In this document: piece by piece, positions 39,210-47,209 of the stretch
Layout of the letters: every line of letters begins with the position of its first letter
Position numbering within the stretch: position 1 is the stretch's first letter
Assembly: GCA_045658315.1 (NCBI GenBank)
Contig: JAZOUV010000006.1
Span: 27,094 to 91,093 of the forward strand
Length of the DNA stretch: 64,000 nucleotides
Origin: Eubacteriales bacterium
GTDB taxonomy: Bacteria > Bacillota > Clostridia > Oscillospirales > CAG-272
Direction: 5' to 3'
Position numbers and translations under genes: made by a program
Notes under the pieces: model-generated
Seen by the model: only the letters and a program-made list of their open reading frames with translations
The model's database searches: none
What the model was told of the DNA's origin: nothing

Positions 39210-39238
39210 ATTAGATTTAAAACATCAGAGGGTAAGAT

Positions 39239-39790
39239 ATGGTTGACTTAATGGCACTTGAAAAGCAGTTTTTATCGGTGCATATAAAAGAAGGAATAAC
39301 AGCCGTTGACTTCACTATGGGCAACGGACACGATACTCTTTTCTTGTCAAAAGCAATAGGAGAAACAGGAAGGCTCTACGCATTTGATATTCAGGAACAG
39401 GCTTTAAAAAACACGGAACAAAGACTTATTGAAAACAGATGTCCCAAGAATTACACTCTCATTAAAGCCTCTCACAGCCTTGTAAAAGACTATGTTAAAG
39501 AAAAAATTAACGTCGGTGTATTTAACCTGGGCTATCTTCCGGGCGGAGACAAAAGTATTACCACTCTTCGCGAGACTACTCTGCCCGCCGTTGATGCGGC
39601 AATCGAGCTTTTAGCAGACGACGGAATAATTCTTATCGCAATATACCCCGGTCATGCCGAGGGTGAGGTTGAAGGCAAACTGCTTACGGAAAAGCTGTCT
39701 CTTCTTGACAGAAAACAAATATGTGTCAGCCGATTTACTATCCTCAATTCTCCCACTTCCCCCTATTTTATTGCCGTGGAGAAAAAGTAA
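39239..39790 (+). CDS. SAM-dependent methyltransferase, YtqB/MnmM-like (PF06962-type)
   Basis: DFTMGNGHDTLFL and YAFDIQEQA motifs; the size matches the YtqB family. Assignment is from memory. Confidence 0.65.
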   Translation: MVDLMALEKQFLSVHIKEGITAVDFTMGNGHDTLFLSKAIGETGRLYAFDIQEQALKNTEQRLIENRCPKNYTLIKASHSLVKDYVKEKINVGVFNLGYLPGGDKSITTLRETTLPAVDAAIELLADDGIILIAIYPGHAEGEVEGKLLTEKLSLLDRKQICVSRFTILNSPTSPYFIAVEKK

Positions 39791-39796
39791 ACCACT

Positions 39797-40231
39797 ATGC
39801 TGAACATTAAAATTATATGTTGCGGCACTCTTAAAGAGTCTTACCTCAGGGACGCAGTCAAAGAATACGAAAAAAGATTATCCGCTTTTTGCAAACTTTC
39901 AATAAATGAAATAAAAGAAGATACGTTAAATGCAGCTTATTCGGCTGTCTCAGCATTTAAGGGATACAAGATAGCATTGTGTATTGAGGGTAATATGCTC
40001 TCGTCGGAGCAGCTTGCCGAAAGAATAGATACCCTTGCAATAGACGGAAGAAGTGATATTGCTTTTATTATAGGCGGAAGCGATGGTATTGCAGAAATAA
40101 TAAAGCAAATGTGCGACCTTCGGCTTTCATTCTCAAAAATGACTTTCCCCCATCAGCTTATGAGAGTTATCCTTCTTGAACAGATTTATCGTGCTTTTAC
40201 TATTATTAACCATAAGCAGTACCACAAATAA
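39797..40231 (+). CDS. rlmH: 23S rRNA (pseudouridine1915-N3)-methyltransferase RlmH (SPOUT)
   Basis: FIIGGSDG...LSFSKMTFPHQLMRVILLEQIYRAF matches the C-terminal knot motif. Confidence 0.85.
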   Translation: MLNIKIICCGTLKESYLRDAVKEYEKRLSAFCKLSINEIKEDTLNAAYSAVSAFKGYKIALCIEGNMLSSEQLAERIDTLAIDGRSDIAFIIGGSDGIAEIIKQMCDLRLSFSKMTFPHQLMRVILLEQIYRAFTIINHKQYHK

Positions 40232-40280
40232 TATTCACAAATTATTACAATTTTGTTAATATTTTCTTAACGCTTTTTTG

Positions 40281-42212
40281 ATGAGGTATAAAACAGTGAA
40301 TTACAACGCAGGAAGTGCCGATGTTGCGGTTATAGGAGCAGGACATGCCGGTATAGAAGCGGCTCTTGCTTCCGCAAGATTGGGAATGAAAACTATCCTT
40401 TTTACCATAAACCTTGATGCCGTAGGCAATATGCCCTGCAACCCCTCTATTGGCGGCACGGGAAAGGGACACCTTGTATATGAAATAGACGCCTTGGGAG
40501 GTGAAATGGGTTATGCCGCTGACAATGTTACCCTTCAGACAAGAACTCTCAATTTAGGTAAAGGCCCTGCCGTACATTCTAAAAGAGTTCAGGCTGATAG
40601 AATTAAATACCGCGAGATTATGAAAAGGACTATTGAAAACACGCCTAATCTTTCGTTGGTACAGGCTGAAATAGTCGATTTTGAAACCGAAATTATAGGC
40701 GATATAAAACGTATTTCCTCGGTTATAACCAAGATGGGTGCTGTTTGGAAAGTAAAGAGTGCTATTGTTTGTGCAGGTACGTTTTTAAACGGCAGAGTTA
40801 TTACCGGCGAATGTGCATACGAATCGGGTCCCGACGGTATGCTGCCCGCTAAAGGCTTTACCGATGCCCTCATAAGAGAAAATATTGAAATTTACCGTTT
40901 CAAAACAGGTACACCCCCAAGAGTACACGCGGATACCGTCGATTTGGAATCCCTTGAAATTCAAAACGGCGACGAAAATACTGTGCCTTTTTCTGCACGC
41001 ACAAATTCCGAAGATTATAAAAATTTAGACCAGATTCCATGCAGGATAGTATATACATCAAAAGAAACGCACGATATCATAAAATCAAATCTTGACCGTT
41101 CCCCCCTCTATTCGGGTGAGATTAAAGGAACGGGACCGCGTTACTGCCCGAGCATTGAAGACAAGGTTGTCAGATTTGCAGACAAGGAGCGTCATCAGCT
41201 TTTTGTTGAGCCTTGCGGAAAAGACACCAAAGAACTTTATATTCAAGGTTTTTCGTCATCTCTTCCCGAAGAAGTACAAATTAAAATGCTTCATTCGTTA
41301 AAGGGTTTTGAAAATGCACAAATGATGAGAACGGCTTACGCCATTGAGTATGACTGCATTAACCCTACGCAGCTTTATCCAACCCTTGAATTCAAAACTA
41401 TTTCCGGACTTTACGGTGCAGGTCAATTCAACGGCACAAGCGGCTACGAGGAAGCGGCGGCACAGGGACTTGTCGCAGGTATAAACGCTGCTTTGAAAAT
41501 ACAAAATAAAGAACCGCTTATTCTTACACGCGATTCTTCATATATAGGAACGCTTATTGACGATATTGTAACAAAAGGTACAAATGAGCCATACAGAATG
41601 ATGACCTCCCGTTCGGAATACAGGCTTTTACTCCGCCAAGATAATGCTGACACAAGACTTACTCCCATAGGTTACAAATTGGGTCTTATAAGCCAAGAGA
41701 GATTTGACAAATATCTTGAAAAACAAACTGCCATTGAAAATGAAGTCAACAGAGCAAGCAAAACAACAATTCCCCCTACGGATAAACTTAATGCCATACT
41801 TGAAGAAAACGGCACTACCCCTGTTTCCACCGGAATAAGATTATCTGAGCTTTTACGCCGCCCGCAGTTAAGTTATAGTGTGCTTTCAGAAGTTGATACA
41901 TCACGTCCTAATCTTCAGCTTGAAACAATTAACTGTGCGGAAGTTATTATAAAGTATGACGGCTATATCAAAAGACAGCTTGCCGAGGTCGAAAAGTTTT
42001 CAAAAACTGAAGCAATTAAACTGCCTAAAAACATTGATTACAATGAAATAAAGGGGCTAAGAATCGAGGCAAGACAAAAGTTAAATAAAATTAAACCCGA
42101 AAATATAGGACAAGCATCAAGAATAAGCGGTGTTAGTCCTGCTGATATTACCGTTTTACTTATTTACAGCCAACAAAACCGCAGACACAACGGAGAAAAC
42201 ACTAATGACTGA
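40281..42212 (+). CDS. mnmG: tRNA uridine 5-carboxymethylaminomethyl modification enzyme MnmG (GidA)
   Basis: FAD-binding VIGAGHAGIEAA, CNPSIGG, GPRYCPSIEDK and TSRSEYRLLLRQDNAD. Confidence 0.95.
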   Translation: MRYKTVNYNAGSADVAVIGAGHAGIEAALASARLGMKTILFTINLDAVGNMPCNPSIGGTGKGHLVYEIDALGGEMGYAADNVTLQTRTLNLGKGPAVHSKRVQADRIKYREIMKRTIENTPNLSLVQAEIVDFETEIIGDIKRISSVITKMGAVWKVKSAIVCAGTFLNGRVITGECAYESGPDGMLPAKGFTDALIRENIEIYRFKTGTPPRVHADTVDLESLEIQNGDENTVPFSARTNSEDYKNLDQIPCRIVYTSKETHDIIKSNLDRSPLYSGEIKGTGPRYCPSIEDKVVRFADKERHQLFVEPCGKDTKELYIQGFSSSLPEEVQIKMLHSLKGFENAQMMRTAYAIEYDCINPTQLYPTLEFKTISGLYGAGQFNGTSGYEEAAAQGLVAGINAALKIQNKEPLILTRDSSYIGTLIDDIVTKGTNEPYRMMTSRSEYRLLLRQDNADTRLTPIGYKLGLISQERFDKYLEKQTAIENEVNRASKTTIPPTDKLNAILEENGTTPVSTGIRLSELLRRPQLSYSVLSEVDTSRPNLQLETINCAEVIIKYDGYIKRQLAEVEKFSKTEAIKLPKNIDYNEIKGLRIEARQKLNKIKPENIGQASRISGVSPADITVLLIYSQQNRRHNGENTND

Positions 42213-42930
42213 TTACAGCGTTTTAATAAAAGATGTTTTTCGGGCAAACGGACTTGATTCTTTGCTTAATGCTTTAGTTACGGAAAAACTAAACATATTA
42301 ATCGACCGAATGACCACGGTAAACGAAAATATGAATCTCACGGCAATAACTGATGTGCAAGACGTTATTTTGAAGCACATCGCAGATTCGGCAACCATTA
42401 TAAAATACATTCCCCTGAACGCACGTCTAATGGATATCGGCACCGGTGGCGGATTCCCTGCTCTCCCCGTTGCCATAATCCGCCCCGACGTTTCCGTCTA
42501 CGCTCTGGACAGCACGGCAAAAAAACTGAAATACATAGACGAAACGGCAGAGCTTCTCTGTTTGTCAAACCTCAAAACCGTAAACGGAAGAGCCGAAGAA
42601 TTGGGAAAGTCGGTCAACTACAGAGAAAGATTCGACATCGTAACGGCAAGAGCTGTTTCTGCACTTAACATTTTATCTGAGCTTTGCGTTCCATTTGTTA
42701 AAATCGGCGGCTCTTTTATTTCCATGAAGGGCAGTTCTGCCGCAGAAGAAATCAACTGTGCAAAAAGCGGTATCATTCAGCTCGGCGGTAGTAAATTTGA
42801 AGATATTCAGTTTACTCTGAGTTACAGCGACACGGTATTACAAAGACATCTTGTTATTTCCAAAAAGCAAAAAAACACGCCCCCCTCGTTCCCCAGAATG
42901 TATAACCGTATAGCAAAAAAGCCTTTATAA
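42205..42930 (+). CDS. rsmG: 16S rRNA (guanine527-N7)-methyltransferase RsmG (GidB)
   Basis: DIGTGGGFP SAM motif and ITARAV. ATG 42205 overlaps the mnmG stop by 8 nt. The ORF-track start at 42130 lies inside mnmG. Confidence 0.9.
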   Translation: MTDYSVLIKDVFRANGLDSLLNALVTEKLNILIDRMTTVNENMNLTAITDVQDVILKHIADSATIIKYIPLNARLMDIGTGGGFPALPVAIIRPDVSVYALDSTAKKLKYIDETAELLCLSNLKTVNGRAEELGKSVNYRERFDIVTARAVSALNILSELCVPFVKIGGSFISMKGSSAAEEINCAKSGIIQLGGSKFEDIQFTLSYSDTVLQRHLVISKKQKNTPPSFPRMYNRIAKKPL

Positions 42931-42962
42931 CTCCCCAATAATTTATAATTACTTCTATTGCA

Positions 42963-43003
42963 AGAATAAATCCTATTACTGCGGATTTATTCTTTTTTTT
43001 TGG
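42963..43003 (+). terminator. rho-independent terminator of rsmG
   Basis: AGAATAAATCC/GGATTTATTCT stem followed by T10. Confidence 0.8.
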
Positions 43004-43113
43004 TTTTCATTTACAAAACAAATTGTTTTCCGCCATCCGAAATATGATTAAAATTTTACGTCTTGTGTGTTATTATTTTTCTGCACACATTTTTAAAAAT
43101 AAAGGAGTACATA

Positions 43114-43953
43114 ATGAATACACTTTACAAACAAGAACCAAAAGAAAAACTAACTGACGGGAAGGTTTGTATGCTCTCAACGGACAAGCTGTTTCCTAAC
43201 CCGTCACAACCGAGGTTCATTTTTGAGGACGAGCCTATGCTTCGCCTTGCCGACAGTATTAGACGTTTCGGTATTCTGCAACCGCTTTCGGTAAGGCCTT
43301 CGGTAAACTCTGACGGTGTCGTTTCAGCTTATCAGATAATTGCAGGTGAAAGACGTTGGCGTGCTGCAAGAATAATCGGTCTTAACAAAGTTCCCTGCCT
43401 TGTCCTTGATATTGACAGCCAAAAATCAGCCGAATTAGCACTTATCGAAAACATTCAGCGTGAAGATCTGAATATATTTGAGCAAGCGGCGGCAATTGCA
43501 TCCCTCATTGACATTTACGGTCTTACTCAGGAGCAGGCGGCAAGACAGCTCTCATCAAGCCAAGCATATATCGCTAACAAGCTTCGCATTTTGAAGCTGA
43601 CTCCAAAAGAACGGGCACAAATAATAAAAAACAAGCTAACTGAACGTCATGCAAGGGCGTTATTACGCATAAACGACCCCGACACTCGCCTCCAAGCCAT
43701 TTCACACATTTGCTCAAACGAGTTAAATGTGAGTGCCACGGAAAAATATATTGACCAATTATTGACCGATTCTCAAGAACAGCATTCCGGCAGCGGCGTA
43801 ATTAAACCGTATATAAAAGACCTGCGGTTTTTTTACAACTCGGTAGACCGAGCTGTATGCATTTTAAAAAATTGCGGTTTTAATGTAACAACCGAAAGAA
43901 ACGAGCTTCCTTCCGAAACCCTCATAACAATTCGCGTTCCTCACAAGAACTAA
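43114..43953 (+). CDS. ParB-family protein, Noc-like paralog
   Basis: ParB N-terminal box (NPSQPR, IIAGERRWRAA) and an HTH (LTQEQAARQLSSSQAYIANKLRIL). Its position between rsmG and soj matches noc. ATG 43114 follows AAAGGAG. Confidence 0.8.
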   Translation: MNTLYKQEPKEKLTDGKVCMLSTDKLFPNPSQPRFIFEDEPMLRLADSIRRFGILQPLSVRPSVNSDGVVSAYQIIAGERRWRAARIIGLNKVPCLVLDIDSQKSAELALIENIQREDLNIFEQAAAIASLIDIYGLTQEQAARQLSSSQAYIANKLRILKLTPKERAQIIKNKLTERHARALLRINDPDTRLQAISHICSNELNVSATEKYIDQLLTDSQEQHSGSGVIKPYIKDLRFFYNSVDRAVCILKNCGFNVTTERNELPSETLITIRVPHKN

Positions 43954-43964
43954 CTTTGCCAAAA

Positions 43965-43980
43965 TGTTTCACGTGAAACG
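43965..43980. promoter_or_regulatory. parS centromere-like site (one mismatch)
   Basis: TGTTTCACGTGAAACG compared with the consensus TGTTNCACGTGAAACA. Confidence 0.8.
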
Positions 43981-44000
43981 TTTCCTTTTTGGAAAAACAA

Positions 44001-44016
44001 TGTTTCACGTGAAACA
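44001..44016. promoter_or_regulatory. parS centromere-like site (perfect palindrome)
   Basis: TGTTTCACGTGAAACA. Confidence 0.9.
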
Positions 44017-44130
44017 TTTTCATTATTATAAATATGTAAACAATTCTGCTATAACTATCTTTTTCGGTTGACAACTGCACTTTCAACTGTTATAATTAAA
44101 TAAGCAGTTATTTTAAAGGAGAAAACAGCA

Positions 44131-44895
44131 GTGGGCAGAATAATAACATTTGCAAACCAAAAAGGCGGAGTGGGAAAAACTACATCGGCTGTAAATATAG
44201 CCGCCGAAGCAGGCATCGCAGGAAAAAAAGTCCTGCTTGTCGATAACGACCCCCAAGGCAACGCTACAAGCGGTGTCGGTCTCTTTAACAAAAAGAATCT
44301 CAATCATTCCACCTACACCACGATTATCGACCCCGACACTGTACGTTTATCTATCCAAAAAACTGCATACGAAAATCTGGATATTATGCCCTCAAACATT
44401 AATCTCGCAGGTGCAGAAATTGAAATAATCGAGTTTAACGACAGACACAAGAGACTAAAAAACGCAATTGACCAAATAAAAGATGAATACGATTACATTT
44501 TTATTGACTGCCCCCCAACGCTCGGACTTCTGACAGTCAACGCCTTGGTTGCATCCGACGGAATTATCATCCCCATGCAATGCGAATATTTTGCATTGGA
44601 GGGATTGGCTCAGCTTTCCGTTTCAATAAAAAAAGTTAAACAGATGTACAATCCCGCACTCGAACTTGTGGGCATACTTATAACTATGTACAACGGAAGA
44701 CTCAATCTGTCTGTACATGTTATGTCGGAACTGAAAAAATACTATTCCGACAAGCTTTTTAAAACGGTTATTGCAAGAAACGTGCGACTCAGCGAAGCAC
44801 CAAGCTACGGAAAACCCATTAAATATTTTGATAAGCACTCGAAAGGCTCTCAAGCCTATGCTGACGTTACACAAGAAATTTTTGAACGCATTTAA
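44131..44895 (+). CDS. soj: chromosome partitioning ATPase ParA/Soj
   Basis: Deviant Walker A NQKGGVGKTT; the GTG start follows AAGGAGAA. Confidence 0.93.
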   Translation: MGRIITFANQKGGVGKTTSAVNIAAEAGIAGKKVLLVDNDPQGNATSGVGLFNKKNLNHSTYTTIIDPDTVRLSIQKTAYENLDIMPSNINLAGAEIEIIEFNDRHKRLKNAIDQIKDEYDYIFIDCPPTLGLLTVNALVASDGIIIPMQCEYFALEGLAQLSVSIKKVKQMYNPALELVGILITMYNGRLNLSVHVMSELKKYYSDKLFKTVIARNVRLSEAPSYGKPIKYFDKHSKGSQAYADVTQEIFERI

Positions 44896-44910
44896 AGAAT
44901 AGAGGATATT

Positions 44911-45792
44911 ATGGCTAAAGAAAAAAAATCCGGCAGAGGACTTGACGCTATTTTTATAGACAATTATGAAGCCGAAGAAAACACGGGTGATAGAATTAAC
45001 ACCCTCAGATTAAGCGAAATTGAACCTGAACCCACACAGCCGCGTTCAATTTTTGAACACGAACCCTTAGAAGAGCTTGCGGCTTCCATTGCGACCCACG
45101 GTCTTTTACAACCTATTATTGTAAGAGAGGGCAAAAACGGATATTACCGCATAGTTGCAGGTGAAAGACGCTGGAGAGCTTCAAAAATGGCAGGACTTGC
45201 TGAAGTTCCCGTTATTATAATTGATGCAGACGACAGAAAAGCGGCAGAGCTTTCACTCATCGAAAATCTCCAAAGAGAAAACCTTAATCCGCTAGAAGAA
45301 GCGGAAGCATACAAGGCACTTATCGAGGAATATAACCTCACTCAAGAGGAAGTTTCTTCCAGAATTGGAAAAAGCAGGTCGGCAATTTCCAACACGATGC
45401 GTTTACTTAACCTTCCCGAAGCGGTTGTTCAGCTTGTAAAAGACAAAAAGCTCAGTGCGGGACACGCAAGGGCACTTTTAGGACTAAACGACAGTCAGTT
45501 GATTTGTACCGTTGCGGAAAAAGCGGTTGCAAAAGCACTTTCGGTAAGACAGGTAGAAGCCCTCGTTGATTCTTTAAACGGAAAAACGAAAAAGAACACC
45601 TTAACTCCGCCGAGCGCTGTTGAAGTAGATTACGTTGCAGAGCTTGAAAAAAGAGTTACCGAACAGATAGGCAGACTGTTTAAAATACACACAAAAGGAA
45701 AACGCAAAAAAATTGAAATAGAGTATAGTGACGAGCGAGATTTGGAAAACATAATAAAAAAGCTTTGCGGAAACACTTTTTTTGAAGATTGA
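44911..45792 (+). CDS. spo0J: chromosome partitioning protein ParB/Spo0J
   Basis: PTQPR and IVAGERRWRAS box, an HTH (LTQEEVSSRIGKSRSAISNTMRLL), and a position directly after soj. Confidence 0.93.
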   Translation: MAKEKKSGRGLDAIFIDNYEAEENTGDRINTLRLSEIEPEPTQPRSIFEHEPLEELAASIATHGLLQPIIVREGKNGYYRIVAGERRWRASKMAGLAEVPVIIIDADDRKAAELSLIENLQRENLNPLEEAEAYKALIEEYNLTQEEVSSRIGKSRSAISNTMRLLNLPEAVVQLVKDKKLSAGHARALLGLNDSQLICTVAEKAVAKALSVRQVEALVDSLNGKTKKNTLTPPSAVEVDYVAELEKRVTEQIGRLFKIHTKGKRKKIEIEYSDERDLENIIKKLCGNTFFED

Positions 45793-45837
45793 CACCTTGA
45801 TTTTGCAAAATTCTGATATATAATTGAGGTAAGATAT

Positions 45838-46299
45838 ATGAATTTCCCCGATTTTTCTTTTTTAACCGACTACCAAAAGTCTTCATTGACTATGATAGTT
45901 ACATCTCTGCTGATAGGTATATTAGCAGCATCGGTAGCGATGCTGTACCGCCAACTCTTTTTGGGCGGTATTGTTCGCAATATTATCCAAAAGAAAGCCT
46001 TCTCCGAAGACACCGCACTTGCACTTGAGGAGTTAGGCTACAATCCGAAAAACATTTTATTAAGATTTGCACTCAGGAATAATTCCACATTCACAAAGAC
46101 AGTACACCGTACAACTGAACAACCGACACGTTATTTTATTCCCGAGGAAATAAAAGACAGAGAAGAAATCAGATTCCGCAAAAAAGGAAACAACTTTTTC
46201 GGAATTGTTCTTGCATTAATCGTATTTTTGCTCATTGCATTCATCTCACTTACGCTTATTCCTTGGTTTAAAGATGCAATAAGTAACATTTTCTCTTAA
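45838..46299 (+). CDS. hypothetical membrane protein (TM helices at both ends)
   Basis: ORF has an N-terminal TM (MIVTSLLIGILAASVAML) and a C-terminal TM (IVLALIVFLLIAFISLTLI). Its position after parB recalls the DUF4446-type genes seen in Firmicutes, but this is unverified. Confidence 0.5.
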   Translation: MNFPDFSFLTDYQKSSLTMIVTSLLIGILAASVAMLYRQLFLGGIVRNIIQKKAFSEDTALALEELGYNPKNILLRFALRNNSTFTKTVHRTTEQPTRYFIPEEIKDREEIRFRKKGNNFFGIVLALIVFLLIAFISLTLIPWFKDAISNIFS

Positions 46300-46320
46300 A
46301 ACCATTTTAGAGGTACAAAT

Positions 46321-47148
46321 ATGAATAACAGAAATCAAGCAACAAGACCTATAAGAAAAAAACAAAAGAAGGTCAACAAAACGGGCAGACTATTACTTGT
46401 TATGGTAATAGCTTCGCTGATACTGGTAGGTATTATTTGCCTTGCAGGTTATATTATGGGCTACAGATACGTTAAAGTTGACACAAACGACGGTATTATT
46501 AAATATTTTGGCACTGTCAGTGCCGACGGTACACTCAAAAAAGGTACAATCTATTTCTCAAACGGAAACAGAGGCTCCGTTGACGGTAAAACAAGTACTG
46601 TAACATACTCAAATGGGGATAAATATACCGGAGGACTTTCAAAACTTCAAAGAAGTGGCAGCGGTATACTTACGTTTGCTAACGGAGACGTTTACGAAGG
46701 TAATTTTGAAAACAACAAATTTTCCGGTATGGGCGTCTTTAAGTATAAGAACGGTGATAAATACGAAGGAAATTACAAAAGCGGCCTTATGGACGGAAAC
46801 GGCACTTACACCTGGGCTGACGGCACAAGCTATACCGGAGAGTTTAAAAGAAATATGCGTAACGGGCTCGGGAAGCTTACCATTTCAGAGAATTTATACT
46901 ACGAGGGCAGTTATGTAAACAACGCCAAAGAAGGTAAAGGTAAATACGTATTTGAAAACGGCGATGTATACGAAGGCGATTACCAAAACGATGTCCGCAC
47001 CGGAAACGGCACATACACCTGGTCCAACGGCGAAAGCTATACCGGTCAGTTTCTCAACAATGATATGCACGGCTACGGCAAATACACTTGGCCAAGCGGT
47101 CGTGTCTATGAAGGTAATTTCTATCAGGGACAAATTGCAGTTGAATAA
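46321..47148 (+). CDS. MORN-repeat protein with an N-terminal membrane anchor
   Basis: About 8 consecutive YxNGDxYxGxxxxxxxxGxG units (for example YKNGDKYEGNYKSGLMDGNGTY), after one TM helix (LLLVMVIASLILVGIICLAGYI). Confidence 0.8.
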   Translation: MNNRNQATRPIRKKQKKVNKTGRLLLVMVIASLILVGIICLAGYIMGYRYVKVDTNDGIIKYFGTVSADGTLKKGTIYFSNGNRGSVDGKTSTVTYSNGDKYTGGLSKLQRSGSGILTFANGDVYEGNFENNKFSGMGVFKYKNGDKYEGNYKSGLMDGNGTYTWADGTSYTGEFKRNMRNGLGKLTISENLYYEGSYVNNAKEGKGKYVFENGDVYEGDYQNDVRTGNGTYTWSNGESYTGQFLNNDMHGYGKYTWPSGRVYEGNFYQGQIAVE

Positions 47149-47172
47149 ATTTTATACACAATTTTGGAATAC

Positions 47173-47209
47173 AAAAAACTTGATGCGGATATGAAGCATC
47201 AAGTTTTTT
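47173..47209. terminator. bidirectional rho-independent terminator between convergent genes
   Basis: CTTGATGC/GCATCAAG stem flanked by A6 (left) and T6 (right). Confidence 0.8.

Noticed and set aside
40245-40472. 75-aa minus-strand ORF at the mnmG 5' end
   Set aside because: It overlaps the FAD-binding N-terminus of mnmG on the opposite strand and is a shadow.
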